64,000 nucleotides of DNA, taken from Trichoplax adhaerens. Taxonomy: Eukaryota > Animalia > Placozoa. Below are positions 12,301-26,400 of this stretch, in pieces. The stretch covers positions 744,001-808,000 of the forward strand of contig NW_002060954.1 of the NCBI RefSeq assembly GCF_000150275.1, in the 5' to 3' direction. Within the stretch, counting starts at the first letter, position 1. Each line of letters opens with the position of its first letter. A program made the translations under genes and the position numbers. The notes beneath the pieces are model-generated. The model did no database searches and was not told where the DNA came from. It saw nothing but the letters and a program-made list of their open reading frames with translations.

Positions 12301-15300
12301 GCATCGCTAGCAGCAGTGATAACTGCAGAATTTTCTCAAGGGAATGAGGACAATAAAACTATAGCAGTCGATAAAATATCGTAATCAACCCTATCAGTAT
12401 TCTTTCTCGATTTATTTCAGTTTCAAAAAGAAATAAGGCCTTAATACCTTTTTTGTATTATGAACTACTTGCCATCGTGCCTAGGAATAGTGTGATTCAA
12501 AAATACGGTAATGGTGGTGTAATATGCATATATAAGAATTTAAAATTTCAGTTCTGTATGAAATCGAATCAGATTAAAACACAAGACCATCCTCATAATT
12601 TCTTCATTATTAGTTTTGTTCTAAACATTCTGGCTTTGCGTTTAGCAATGTATACGGGGAACCGATAAGAATGTTTTAGAATATGATGGATAACCATCTC
12701 TCATATATCATACGATATGTCGTTCCTCTATAAATGCAATCCTTTTTCGTTATACCAGCTAATATTAAAAGGATAATGTATTCGCTAGGCTCCTAGCATC
12801 AATTTTAATCTCAACCTTAACTGTAATATTTATGAATAGATTTTTCTCTAAATAGTATGTCGTCATTATCAAAATTTATCGGTCAATGATAAAATTTAAA
12901 CAGCTGGACACAACTGTAGTAACATATGGATAATCATAATAGTTATTCTTTAATTGTGAGTCTATTTATTACCATTGCTGAATTGATCAATAAATGGAAC
13001 TGTTACTAAGATGCATAAATATGTTAAAGCGTCTACCGTTGAAATTTATCCAGCTTGTTTCTACATAGAGAGTTCCAATATAATTATATGATTGTTAGTT
13101 GCAGGATCTCCTCGAGGATAATTATATATTTATACAATAATAATAATAGCATGAAATCAATAAGTTCTTTCATTACTAATGTGAACAGCATCATATATCT
13201 TAAACAATAACAATATAGTTTCAATAGAAGCGCAAGCGCCGATGATATTAAAGTAAAATTTAAATTTTATGTTAGTAAATTTATCTGAAATTGAAATTAA
13301 CCAATTCCAAGATGTAATTTAACGTTAAATATTTAGTAACTCGACATTTTAATCGTAATTAGCTATTAAATCATCAAGAAAATAATAATTTACGAAACAG
13401 ATGTCGTTCGTAAAGTATAAGCTAAGAGACAATTAAATGGTATTCATAAATAACTTGATAACCATTGATAAAGATGTTGAAAATAACAATAAGTTTATCA
13501 AGTTCTCTTGAATAAGGTAGGACCGATTATTCAATTAAAAATATTGAACGGATAAGATACATAATCACTTTAATTAGTTATTTTGGCAGAGAATTATATT
13601 TTAGCTATCCAAAAGTTTGTATTAAAATAAGGGTAGTAGGTAAAATAATGATAGTAAAGTTGAATCTATTCTCTTAACAAGGAACGTTACGATTATGTGT
13701 GCAAAGCGGTCAAATTATTATTATCGTTCTCTATTATGACATATTGTTTGATAACATGTTGAGCAAAGATGGTAGAGCTATTGTTTATGTATTATTAACT
13801 AAATAATGATTTCGTAACTGTCATTAATCATCAGGTAGATGATAATAATTAGTATCCTCTTCCTAATAGCTAATATACACACCCATTTTATTTTCAATAC
13901 ATATCGAACTGACAATTCAGCTATTGAGATCAACAATATTGTTAATTGCCGCCTGCCTGATTCTTATTTCCTACTATCGTTAATTACCGTAGTAAAGTTA
14001 GATTGTGATAACCAGACGATGAGAACTCACAGCTTGTCCTTATCCAACTTGAATAAAATTAATAACCATCTATTCATAAATATCATGTATTAGATAGAAA
14101 CAACCAATCAGTGTTACTCTGTAAATTTAGCAAATGTTGAGATTAAAACGAAAATATTATAGCCGACTCAGTCTACGCACTGAGATCATATTCAACAGGT
14201 TTTTTCCTGATTTTTAACCTTTCATCAAGCCGCAAGTAAATAATTATATTAATTTATTTCTTTCAGTCTGATCATCTAAACTTAACCATAGGGTTATATT
14301 ATCATTTCTACGTTAAGGTACCTGCTTCGCTAAAAGTAGATGGGAGAATTACCATAAAGAATTTTTGTGAAAAACACAAAATATAACTAATTGCATTCAT
14401 TTCTACTTTAATACGCACAAACCGATATGCGCTTGCTATACATGCAGGTACTGATATCATTAACTGATTGATCACGACGCAAGGTAAAAATTGTTTCGTG
14501 TTCAAATATACCAATCAGAATTAATTCGAAATCCTTTAGCCAAAATAGCACCGACTAATTATCGTAATTAAAAAGCCATTCATGTTATAGACTATTTAAT
14601 TTAGGATTGCATCACACCATTGTCTACTATATTATTCTTTCATCAGGATAAAATTATTAACGTAAATGATATTACTCCATCATGATTAAAAAACGATATA
14701 CCAGTAAACATGAAAAGTTAAATAAAATGTTACATGTCATACGTCATAGTATATCAAAATTAAATCCATAAATCAGATCAATTATGAATTTGTTATTAAT
14801 CTGCTCGTATGGCGGATTGAAATAGAAGAAATGCTTGAATTTAATCTGCGGCGTCTATTTTTTAGAAAGATCATTCTACTAAACTTTCAATAATTTTACT
14901 TCTAACTTATTTGCAACGGGTATGATTATGTTCCTATGCTCACTGTCAGTAAGAAAAAAAAACATTAAAATTTAACGGTTACTCGCAATTAATTTTACGT
15001 TCAAATTATAAACTGTCTATGTTAAACAACTTAATAATGAATCCAAATAAAATAGAATAAATCAGTATTATCAAAAAATTTAATGAATAATAACGTTCTA
15101 GGAGGTATAACCCATTAATATTTACTAAGCTGAAGGTTACGGAGGGAAAGTCATAAAATAAAAAGCTATACAGAGATCAGACAACACTTGTAAATTACCA
15201 CTTAGAATTTAGATATGATACCGAGATAAGTTGAGTGATTATTCAAGTAGATTATAATTCGTTTTATTGTCATGGAAATATTAATTTTAAGTGGACCAAG

Positions 15301-18300
15301 TGATGACGATCGCAAATTGGACGAGACTATTGTTTCTAGCTATTGATTTCGATGATGGGCTGACGTTCACTAATTAATTACACAACAGTAAGAATGAATT
15401 AATTACTTTTTTCAAGCGCCGCTATTTTTATCTGATGGCGTTGGGTTTAAACAAGATCGTCAACTTATTATCTGCACTCGCAGAGCAGAATAAAATATAG
15501 ATTTAATGAAGCCAGAATCATACTGTATTTTGGATTTGTTTGTTAAAGCTTCGCTTAACTTTGATTCATTGAGATACTATAACTTGATTAATTTGTCTAA
15601 ATCTGCCTAAAACTATTTATGATACTAACTCAGTTTTCTATACTACGGTTTTTGATTATCATGATGTTAATATCTCCAACGAAAAAAATGAAATTCAATC
15701 TAGTCATAAAATTAGTATCTTTACAATATTATGGCATTATTCCTGTTCTCATACCAAAAATTACTACAGCGAGAAGTATTAGTAACATTTTAGCAACCTT
15801 AGCTTCAACTATTAAATTGAATAAATAGCTATGTTTTATATCCTTAGTTAATAAAATTATCTATTTATTTTGCTAAAGCTAGCGTAACTTTATTTCATAA
15901 ATTATGATCGCGATTAAAGAATGGGTAAAGTTAGTGTCTTAAATCGAATCCAATCAACTGTTTTCTAGGCATAACTAATTGTTTAGTATGGTGAAAGATG
16001 TCAACACAAATCAGCATGTGAAGACAAATAAATCAATCAATATTTAGTTATTAACCTTTTGTTTTTACTAGCTTTTACCTAAAATTACAGACTATTTTTT
16101 TGTTTGCCATATTCATCCTTCAAACAATAATTAAATACAATAAACGAAGACTGGAATGTCTATTACTCACAATGAAGGCTAGCTACTCTTATTTTCGGGA
16201 TCTCTGATTAAATGTAACTTTTAATAGATATAATGAGATGATAAAGTTTTGAATTCACCATAGCATAATTTATATCAACTTACCAACTAATATTATTTCC
16301 CTTACCACATCGTTCATTCTCTAGATTAATATGTTTTGAAAGATAAGGAAGCAATATTTTACTTATAACAGGGATATGAATAAATAATGCTCGCTAAATA
16401 CTAGATTATAGCAACTTGTGGGTAACTGCATCCTTATTTAGTTAGATGTTTTGATGGAAAATTCGCCATTTTAACTTACGAAATTAACTATAATTATTTA
16501 CTAATCGTTTTGTAATTTAATAACCTATTAAATGATCTTAAGTGGGGTTGCATGGATGATTGTTTTCTGTTTATCCAGCTTGTTGTAGTATATATACTCG
16601 AGATTTTCTGAAATTAGTAATCGCACTTACACATAAACATATTACACAAGTCTCGGGAAAATATAAAAGTTGAGTAAATTAGTTTATAGTGATATTATGT
16701 CCATTAGCTTGAATTTTATAGATTTGTAGGATCATAGTTTTGCTGTAGCTCAAGACACTATAAGAGGAACATTTGAAAAGGTAGGGCATAAATTGATTAA
16801 ATTAGGGTCTTCTGGCATTTTAGTCGGATGTATCGAATTAGGTTAGCATTAAGAGAAAAAGTTAATCACAAGTAGACCAACTTAACAAATATGCATGAAA
16901 TGCCGAAGATAGAAAGATACTAGTTAAGACAATTGCTAATCCTTTCAGAGTGGGCTTGATCAATAAAACCCGTTGTCCTTCCTACTTCATCATTTTGTCA
17001 ATGTAAGCTTAGGCGAACATCCTTTTACGTCTTTTCTATTGTATCTACTGTCAAATAATGGCTAATAGACAATTTATATAATGCATAAAATGATTGATTT
17101 ATAACAAATTTACACTTTTATCGGTAGTATCCAATATCTTACCTTCCTTCGATAATCTTGAAACAAACGTTATCAAAAAGATAATACTAAGTGATAATTA
17201 CTGATAAGAGAAACAAGTTTATCCTTGGCATAAGGCTCTCTTCTAACAGTTCGACAAAGTTATGATCGTCGATCAATCGAATTTGTCAAAATAATTAATT
17301 GGGAAACAATAGAAATAGATTAATTGTCTTAACAACAATACGACAAATGATTGGAGTGATCGCTAGAATTTTTAACAATATAAATCATGAATAAATGTGA
17401 TTTGTAATATACTGATTTGGTACATTCCTACGCAGCATGAACTTGCCCCTACCAGATTATTATGTATATCCAATATACATGCTACATAAAAGTGATATAT
17501 AGTGCACTGATTGATTTTATAAGAATATGGGGTTATAGATAAAAAAATTGTTCACAAGTTGGTAATAGATATATTCATTTTACAAAGTAAAAATTATCCA
17601 TGTAAGCACTAGTGATATTATTCAGTTATCATTTTCCTGTGCCCAGTGAGAGGATTAATATATTTGCACTATCTATTGATATTATCACTTAAGAAAGTGA
17701 TGTAACTATGTATTATTATTATTGGTGATAGAACCAAGGAATTAAGAAATTACGTCTCGATTATTGGGTTATACAAACTACGTTGTTAATCAATTATGAA
17801 TTTCAATAATAACTATAGAATACTAATACATTTCAAAAACTGTGTGGCAGTAGTTGATAAATTGTCTAGAAATAAGATATACAGATTCCATGTGTTATAA
17901 GTTCACTCTATACGAACCATTACCTAGGATTCATTAATCGGTCAAGTCTTTGTGCAATGTAAAGTGTTCATAAACCCGCTTGGTCTTCATAGAAATACTA
18001 ATATATTCGAGCTATAGCCTAGTTACCTTTATAAGCTTATCACCAACAGTTCGTTTTTCTCTTGGTGCTAATTACTGTATAATCAATTTATAGATGAACA
18101 TCTTTTAACTACGGCGTCAAATGAGAATTCAATAGTCTTCAGTTTATTTATATCACTAAATTACTACTTGCGATATTCGATATAACTGTAGTATAATTAT
18201 AATTGTAGCATTATTCTCTTTTTAGTTTATTCAGTAATGACTTATACTCGTAAGTTATATGAACACATGAGCGAATGCACTAATTATCGTAAGGATTATG

Positions 18301-19392
18301 CGGTAAATACTCTTTATTATCAGAATTTTCCTTAAGCCAAATTTATCCGCTTAAAGGTAATTTTAACATTATGAGTCTGCAAGAAGGCCTAGGTAAATAA
18401 AGAACTCGAACGCAAATAGTCAATGCACTGTAGAATCTTGAAATGCGAATTATGCTTCTTTTCATAATATGACTTGGTATCGAATTTAGTTTGGTTGTGT
18501 AAATACCGTGTAATCATTTAATCCGATCAACAAGTACGTTAGTTGTAGTACTGCTGCAAAGGTGAAAAGCTCCAATTACATACATTTACTTTATTTAATA
18601 TATTAGTTTCATTTGTCTGTTCTTAAGTTAATATAATTAAAGTCGACTTTCATCGAACACACTTACGGTATTATAAAATCTATACGATCATATGTAAAGC
18701 TTACCAAGGCCTATTATTATTACCAGGACGTGCCCAATTTGGTTAAATACGAGTAATCTCACATAATCGGATATGGCTGTAATGATATATAAGTTTCATG
18801 AATTCCTTCGATGGAGATATATTTAGCAGTCACAAATTTTAAGCAAATACAAAATACGTAAATACCTTTAATATATAATATCATGTGTATCAAGATACAG
18901 AAAATACAATAAGGTGAAATTTAAAGCAAGTAAAAATTATTTCGTCATCAAATATGGTACATCAAGTAATCCTAAAATATGCTATAATATAAAATAATTT
19001 CACTAGTTCCAATGGAACAGGTAACGCAAACATAAATAATTGGCATCATCATGCATATACGCATACATCAAAATCTATACAAACTGAAATTGCAAATTTC
19101 ATTTTTAGGAGATTATCATAACAGAAACTGCTTAAAATGAAATCGCCCTTCCGCTATTATGCGAGGATATAATATATATTCTACACGGCGATCGTTAACT
19201 GGTAGCATATTCGTCACAGGTTTACAATAACGCATTCAAAACTACATCTCATTAAGGAAAAACCAAATAGATAAACACGTATAGTTATTAAAAATTTTAC
19301 TAATATAATACGCTATATAAAAGAGGGTCTAGCTGTTAGATCCATCCACGATCCATTCGTTTGTCGTTTCTTTACAAATAGTTATGCTATAT

Positions 19393-22300
19393 TTAACTAT
19401 CATCATTTATAGCAACTTTAGGTAATTTTGCTTTCGCTGATGAGGTCATGATTTTACTAACAACGGACGCTAAGCTAGGCGTCTTTTCACCAGAAACTTT
19501 CTTCATGATAGCTTGAGCTACACTTCTTAACCTTTTCCTTGAATGCGTCCAGTCAGGTACATATTCTGCTTTCAGAAATGTCTCCCGTGAAATTGATCGA
19601 TCAGGAAGGTTTTCCAATATTCCACAAATCGATCCTTTCAATTTCGATTATTAATTATAATCAACAATATGTCAGATATTTCTTACAGTTGACTAAGTAT
19701 ATATTAAATATATATTGACAAAGACTATAAGTGATTTGATACCTCCTAGCCAATTTGTATAATTCGGATGTACGACTGTTTCATAAAATTTAAAGGTCTT
19801 AACGCATAGTTCATCCTTGTAGCGTGGTGAATTGGCTAATACTGTCAACTCTTCTTTCAGACGCCAACTAATGCCAGAATGAATCATATTACGGACATTT
19901 GGTACTGCTAGTAGCAATTAGCTTATTACGTAATAAATAGGCTTACTTAAATCCCGGAATAGCTGCACAACCACCTGTTACACAGATACTTGCCGCTAAG
20001 TCCTTACGAATATCGATCGGGCACTACAGTAATTATAGCATGTGGTAGGTTAACATATCCAGCTGGAATTTCCCCTTAGTGATTGACGGCGTTATATCAT
20101 GAAATACTTACCATAAGCAGACAGTCTATGATCATTGATGCAAGAGATATATCATTACAATCCGGCTTAAAGACTGCATCTAACATTTTATCCCTGGAGA
20201 GAATGATTAAAAATTGAATTCAGTATTATTACTTCCCGAAGAATTATACGAAAGAGCAAAAAAACGATCAGTTTAGTATTTCATAAAGGAAATTCATACC
20301 TAACTTCGCCAGGGATTGTTAGAACCTTACTTGGTCCTAAATGGAACTTCATAGGTTTTGCGGGAAGAGGCTATCTCGTCGACGGTAAGACCAAATTAAA
20401 TTAATCACACTATTTATCGTTTCTACTGACGTAAATGCTCGTACCTTTATTGTAGACTCAGAAGCATTATCTTCATAATTCGGATTATGACCTGACACGC
20501 ATGCCTTTACTGAAATTAGTTTATAAATTTTATGACAGAGTATGTAGGAGTCGTTATGTAATCAAATGCGTGAATAAATATATTCATACAAATAAAATTA
20601 GAAATTAAATTAATCAGGACATAATAAAGAGTTATAGACGTACAAATTCTACTGTTAGAAATAAAATACTGTATAGCTTTGAATGTTTAATAATAAGGAA
20701 TACCTTTGATCTCTTCTAGTATATCTTCTGTTAAAGGGCCTTTTAAGAGATAAAACATATCATAAATGTGCTACTATTAAATTTCGAAGGGGTGTTACTT
20801 GAAAGATCTGTAACGGTAGATTAAAAGCATACAATATAAGTGTACCTCTTTCGGCAGCGAAAGGTTTCGTTTCGTTACCATAAGTTATCGAGGCGTACAG
20901 CAACAAAAGCTTTTCTAGGTGACTACATTAGAATAGTTAAAAGTATTTCATAAACGACGATACTGCTTTATTAATTATTTAACTAAGTATTTTTGTTTTC
21001 AACAGTTTTTAGCTTAAAATTTCTTCGATTAACTTTAACAACTAAAGGATGAAATTCCGAATCATCAATAACTAACAATAAATACGACTATCTTTAGAAA
21101 GATATTATACTTTTCGATAGCTAGATCTATGTGTTACAACGTGCTCTAACACTATTTTCTGATATGGTGATAGTGTAATTTTTGGTTATACTGTACATTG
21201 AATTTTATGATAACAGTTAATATTTCAGAATTATTATTAAGTTAACTTTCCTGTATACGGTACCTGCACATACAGTATGTACGTTAAATTGATTTTTTAT
21301 ACTTATCACGATATTTTTGATTACTATGAAATTAACTTACGAATTTATCACTTTCCCGGCAAGGTTAGAGACTTGGCAGCAATTAAATAACGAAGCAGTT
21401 TCATAAAATGGTAAGACTATCGCCTCACTGTAGCCACAATCTACTATCATCGCAGTTGTGAGCCCTAAGCTATATAAACCCATTAAATGGCCTGGCGCAA
21501 ACATAGCCGATTGGATCTGTTATTCACGGAGGAAAAGAAAGGTTACGATGGTTTAACTATCTTACCTTAATTTTATCAATCAGATCACATAATATTACGA
21601 TATAGATACGTAAAGATGATCAGTTGTAATTTTAGCTAAAATCTAGGCCGTTTTACTTAACTTGTAAATAAAGAATGGATACCGTGATGTGATAAATATA
21701 AACAATTTTAATTATTCCTGATTTTCATCACATATATTAAAATGTTACGCATTAAAGTTGTCATAATGCAATTCTATCATATGTAATAATCGATAATATG
21801 GTACAGCAACGATCTATTGTCTAATCGATTTTATATACAGTATACTCTACTATACCTCGAAATGCTGAAAGATGACTTTTGCAAGGGAATTTTTGAACGT
21901 ATTAGGGCATAGAACAGATTCTACAATAACCATACGCCTATCTTTTGGATTGACTAGCAGATACCTTAGTTATTGTAAGAATGAAAAGTGAATAAAGACG
22001 TCAAATTTGTTAAGCAGCTAAAAATAAGCAAATTAAGATGCATTACAATAAGCAAGAAATTTATGCTGTCCCATACTTGAAAAAAATGTTATGGATAAAT
22101 CGTTTTAGCAACTTGACTAATTCTTGGCTATTTCCTGCATAATCGATGAATTTGACAACTTTCTCCTAGAATTCAGAAAATGAGTTGAAAATAAGTCCGT
22201 TTTAATCATAAGTTGAGGTAGCTTCGTAAGAATTATCTATCTCAGCTTACCTTGCCATCGACACAGGTAACAACAGAACTTGGCAAAATATGTCGAGGGC

Positions 22301-23087
22301 ACGATTCTCCTGCAAAGCCACATCTTTATAAATACAATATTATGCATGGTTTAAGGGAACATGATTAATCCTTTCTAATATACCGTATGTTACCTCTATT
22401 AAATTGAGATTCTACTATTGACAGCATGCAATTTTGTCATTAAATTAGTTCACAAAAATTATTCCAATCTTGATTAATTTTCGATACTTGATTAGGATGC
22501 CGCTAATACTTTATTAACACGAATATTAAAACTATTCTCAACAATGATAGTTTAGATTTGGAAATGTTATAAGCGTAAATAAAAGTAATAGATCTAATAG
22601 TAACAAAAGCTGTACAGCTATTTCCTATTGCAGAAATGAGAGAATAAAGCACGTGTAGTGATCACTGAAGAAAGGACTAAATTAATAAATGGTAATAGCA
22701 ATCGTGTAATCATCATCTTGTCTAGCAGTAGCAGAGGCAAATGAAGCAAGTGTAATACGCGTACAGTATAGGAATAACATGGACAAACGACGGTTAATAG
22801 ACTAGATTGATAGGGGGTTGCTTTATTTGTCTTAAACTGCCAACAAAAGCAAAGATAATCATTTTTACACCATTAAAAGCACCAAATAGGACGACTAAAA
22901 CGATCATTAATTTATAAAACAAGTTACTAGAGTAGTCTTGGTTCAAATTTATGTACTTGCCAGCCTTCAAATCTATCCGTAATCATTTTTACATATAAAA
23001 AAACGCTTACTTTGTATATGCAGCTCCAATATCTAACACTACTGGTACTTTTTCACTACCCAATACAATATTATCCAGTAGTGACAT
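19393..23087 (-). CDS. ACTR10: Actin-related protein 10 (Arp11, dynactin pointed-end subunit); multi-exon
   Basis: Spliced N-terminus [41 protein letters not shown]. Internal [91 protein letters not shown]. Canonical splice sites. Confidence 0.93.
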
Positions 23088-23258
23088 AATTGATTCTTTT
23101 TTTAGAAGGTTAACTAATCTGAATAACGTTCATGGAATACAACAAGATGGAGGAAATGAGAATTTCACCAAATCGATTGATGAAGTGTTTTACTGAGAGG
23201 CTTTTTTTAGACTAGTGGTAGCCAATCTAGCACTCGCTCTTTTATATCAGCGGTCACT

Positions 23259-23342
23259 GCTGTATGGTACGCTGTACTACGACGACCGACAGTACGACGT
23301 ATGGAATAGTGCCTGATACTGTAATTGCGATTACTGTACAGA
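23259..23342. repeat. Weak, degenerate GTAC island in the 370-bp ACTR10/CEBPZ bidirectional promoter
   Basis: gctgtatggtacgctgtactac...acagtacgacgta...atactgta...ttactgtacag. Confidence 0.5.
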
Positions 23343-23456
23343 ACATGTGGTTAATAAAACTAGTCGAGTATAGACAAGACTGGATTGTGTTGGGTAGATA
23401 GTTGGTTGTCGTCCACTTGATCTCCACCTGCTGAGCTGCAAGTTGAGCTAGGAGTC

Positions 23457-26400
23457 ATGGCTTCTGCAAAGAATGATCTCCAAATGGAAGATATTATCGC
23501 TCTTAGTGGTGATGAGGTAAATAACGATGTTTCTACTGTAGATATTCAGTTAGTAATGTCGTAGTGAATCAACTGAAAATTTAGAGCTACACTTTGCTTG
23601 GACCTAGATTGTATTCTTTGTGGACGAAATCATGTCAAGAATTTGCAACATTACAAATAAAGTACAGTAGGAACTGGTCTAGACATGACTATCGTTAGGT
23701 TAATCAATGCTATTGCACACTTATACGTATTATAGGACAGGAATACTCGATAAGATTCAGCTAACTATCTGATCTAATTCGTATTGTATCTACGAGGGAT
23801 CATAATAGAACGACGATTTTGTAATATCTATTTAATAGAAAACCAAAACGATACAGGATTTAGTTGACCTGACTGTTCTGGTGTACTGCACTCCAGAATG
23901 GTAGCAATCATTATCATCATTTTAGATTATTACTTATTATATAAAGAGGTGTTACTCACTTATTAACTACTGTAGAAATTCTTAATTCTTGATGCAACAA
24001 CCTATTTATTGCATGCATAGATAGTCGTTAAGGCTAAAATTATCTAGCTTTTTATTGCCTCTAGCCATTCTTACAAACCTAATGATATATATTTAATATG
24101 TAGTATATATATATAATATTGTGTAAATATGCTAATAGGATGATTTCAAGTTAATACAATCTGTTGATGGCGATGTCATTGGAGATATCGATACTGATAG
24201 TGCTTTCAAGGACGTTGGTAAAGACATTGCCCAAAAGGAGGTAAATATTTGAATTTTCTGTAATCGCCATCTAGAGGAAGGGTATAACCAACTTCTGTTT
24301 ATTTTTCTATCTGGGTGATAATCCTTGCGTAAAGATTAATTAGTAATAGTGTAAATCAATGTAGCATAATAACTAACCTGCTACAACAGTTGCTTCTCTA
24401 TATTGTCTAAAGTTCTCTGGTTTTTTATTGCAGATAAAGTCTTTAATCAAGGACATTGGTTTAGCTAAGTTCCAATTAGGAGCAACAGTTTCTACTGCAA
24501 TACAAGCTCACGATCTTAACTATGCAGAAAGTAAGGATAAAAAGAAATCAAAGAAAAAGCAAAAAAAGATATCGAATGACAGTATTCAAAATAATACTGG
24601 GACCGTAAACAGGGATCAATCTGTGTCTAACATTGGCAATGCGAAGGATCAACAAATATTAGAGAATACTAGTACATTAGCAAGAAATAATCAGACTCTC
24701 CCAGATAATAATGACCAATCTAAAATATTTCAAAAAGTTCTGCCATGCTCTTTCCATACTACAATTCGAAAATATTTACTTCTAGAACTAGATGGTCTAT
24801 GGTATAAGGTTACTATGAAAGAAATCATCAGTTTATTACTATTTCTGATTTAATATCAATTTTATTTGAGTAGTGCAAATATATGCCTAGACACTATACT
24901 ATTAACCTATTTTTTGATCAATCCTTCAATCAGGATCTGGAAGAATGTCAGGAAACTATTCCAAAATCAGATATAAGAAAATCCACCTCTGACGTGCTTA
25001 AAACATACGAAAATGTTGCATCTGAATTAATATCGAATGAAAGCGAACTTTATCATCATAGTTAGTGCTTATAAAGTTATTTTATGCTAAGCATCAGGTC
25101 TTTAACATATTTAACTTATATTAATTTATTATTTCATGAAATGTATATATATATTTAAAGAAAAATCAAAAGATAGAAAAAGTGATTTCGATTGGTTAAA
25201 AACAGTTATGGCTTCGGGTACACTTACTGATAAAACCGCCGCACATGCTGTGCTGTTACAGGTGCTGCAACGGATGTAGTGAAAATGTTTCCATTTCCTT
25301 TCTTTATATTATTACATAAAAATTATATGAAACATACTTCAGGGAAGATACTGTACGATCATTACAACTTTGCAGGCATCACCTATGCTTAAATTTCATA
25401 ACTTCTGTAAATAAGGAAATATGTATGATTTATAATTGATCCAATGTACTGATGATAATAGGAATCTCCCGTGCATAACTTACAAAGTCTCAAAAGTCTT
25501 ATTGGGATGAGTAAAAAAAAAGGAAAAAGGGAATCTCTTTTGGCACTTGGTACAATAAATATTGTCACTATGATTTACATCAATTACAGTATAAATTAAT
25601 TCTATGATTTTATCGTAGAGTATAAATTGTAATACAAGATCTTATTGTTGTTAGATACCCTAAAAGAAGTTCTACTTTCCAATTTACTGCCTGATGATAG
25701 AAAATTGAAGAAATTGTCTCAGGTATAGCAAATTAATATAGGATTAATAACTGCAATTGGTATGTACACAATGATAACTTTGTTTCTACTCGCATTCTAT
25801 TATATTCGTGCATATTTAATCTATTTTAGCAACCATTGCATGTCTTGAATGAATTGCACGACTCAAATAAAGATGTAGAACTGCGTGATAAGCTACTAAT
25901 ATACTGGCATTTTGAACAACAATTAAAAGATCTATATGCTGAGCTTATATCTATTATAAAGGTATACTATCGCAGTGTTGAATCGCTGCTATCGTATTAC
26001 TTAGGAATAGTTAATTATATAATTACATAGCACCTAAAAATTGAGTTTCTATTCTGATTCTAGAACATGCTGAATGATTCTATACTACATATTAAAAATA
26101 AAGTCCTCGGTATGATTTTGTACATTTATTAGAGTTTTCTAGTAGTAAATAATGAATTATTACATAAGGCTAAAAGATCTCTGTTCTCATGATTAGGAAT
26201 ATTGTTTGATCTATTTTGCGGAAAGCCTGAACTAGAAAATGTATGATGTCAATTTGTTTGAGAGATTTTATTTATATTCCGGTAATAAGTTCTGTTATTT
26301 ATAACTTCATAACAGGTTACTTTGCCAATGATTGTTAATAAACTTGGTGATCCAGAAAAAAAAGTAGCCTCTAAAACTACCTTTATACTTCAACGTATTT

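Noticed and set aside
6723-15828. Short hydrophobic ORFs in the desert (60-84 aa)
   Set aside because: I/L/F/Y/N-biased composition typical of random AT-rich ORFs; no splice chain or recognisable motif.
19393-19545. C-terminal extension of ACTR10 after YVPDW
   Set aside because: Arp11 proteins normally have a variable tail here; this one is only modestly long.
21670-21684. U12-like GTATCCATT on the minus strand within an ACTR10 intron
   Set aside because: It lies mid-intron, and the flanking exons join in frame using ordinary GT-AG sites.
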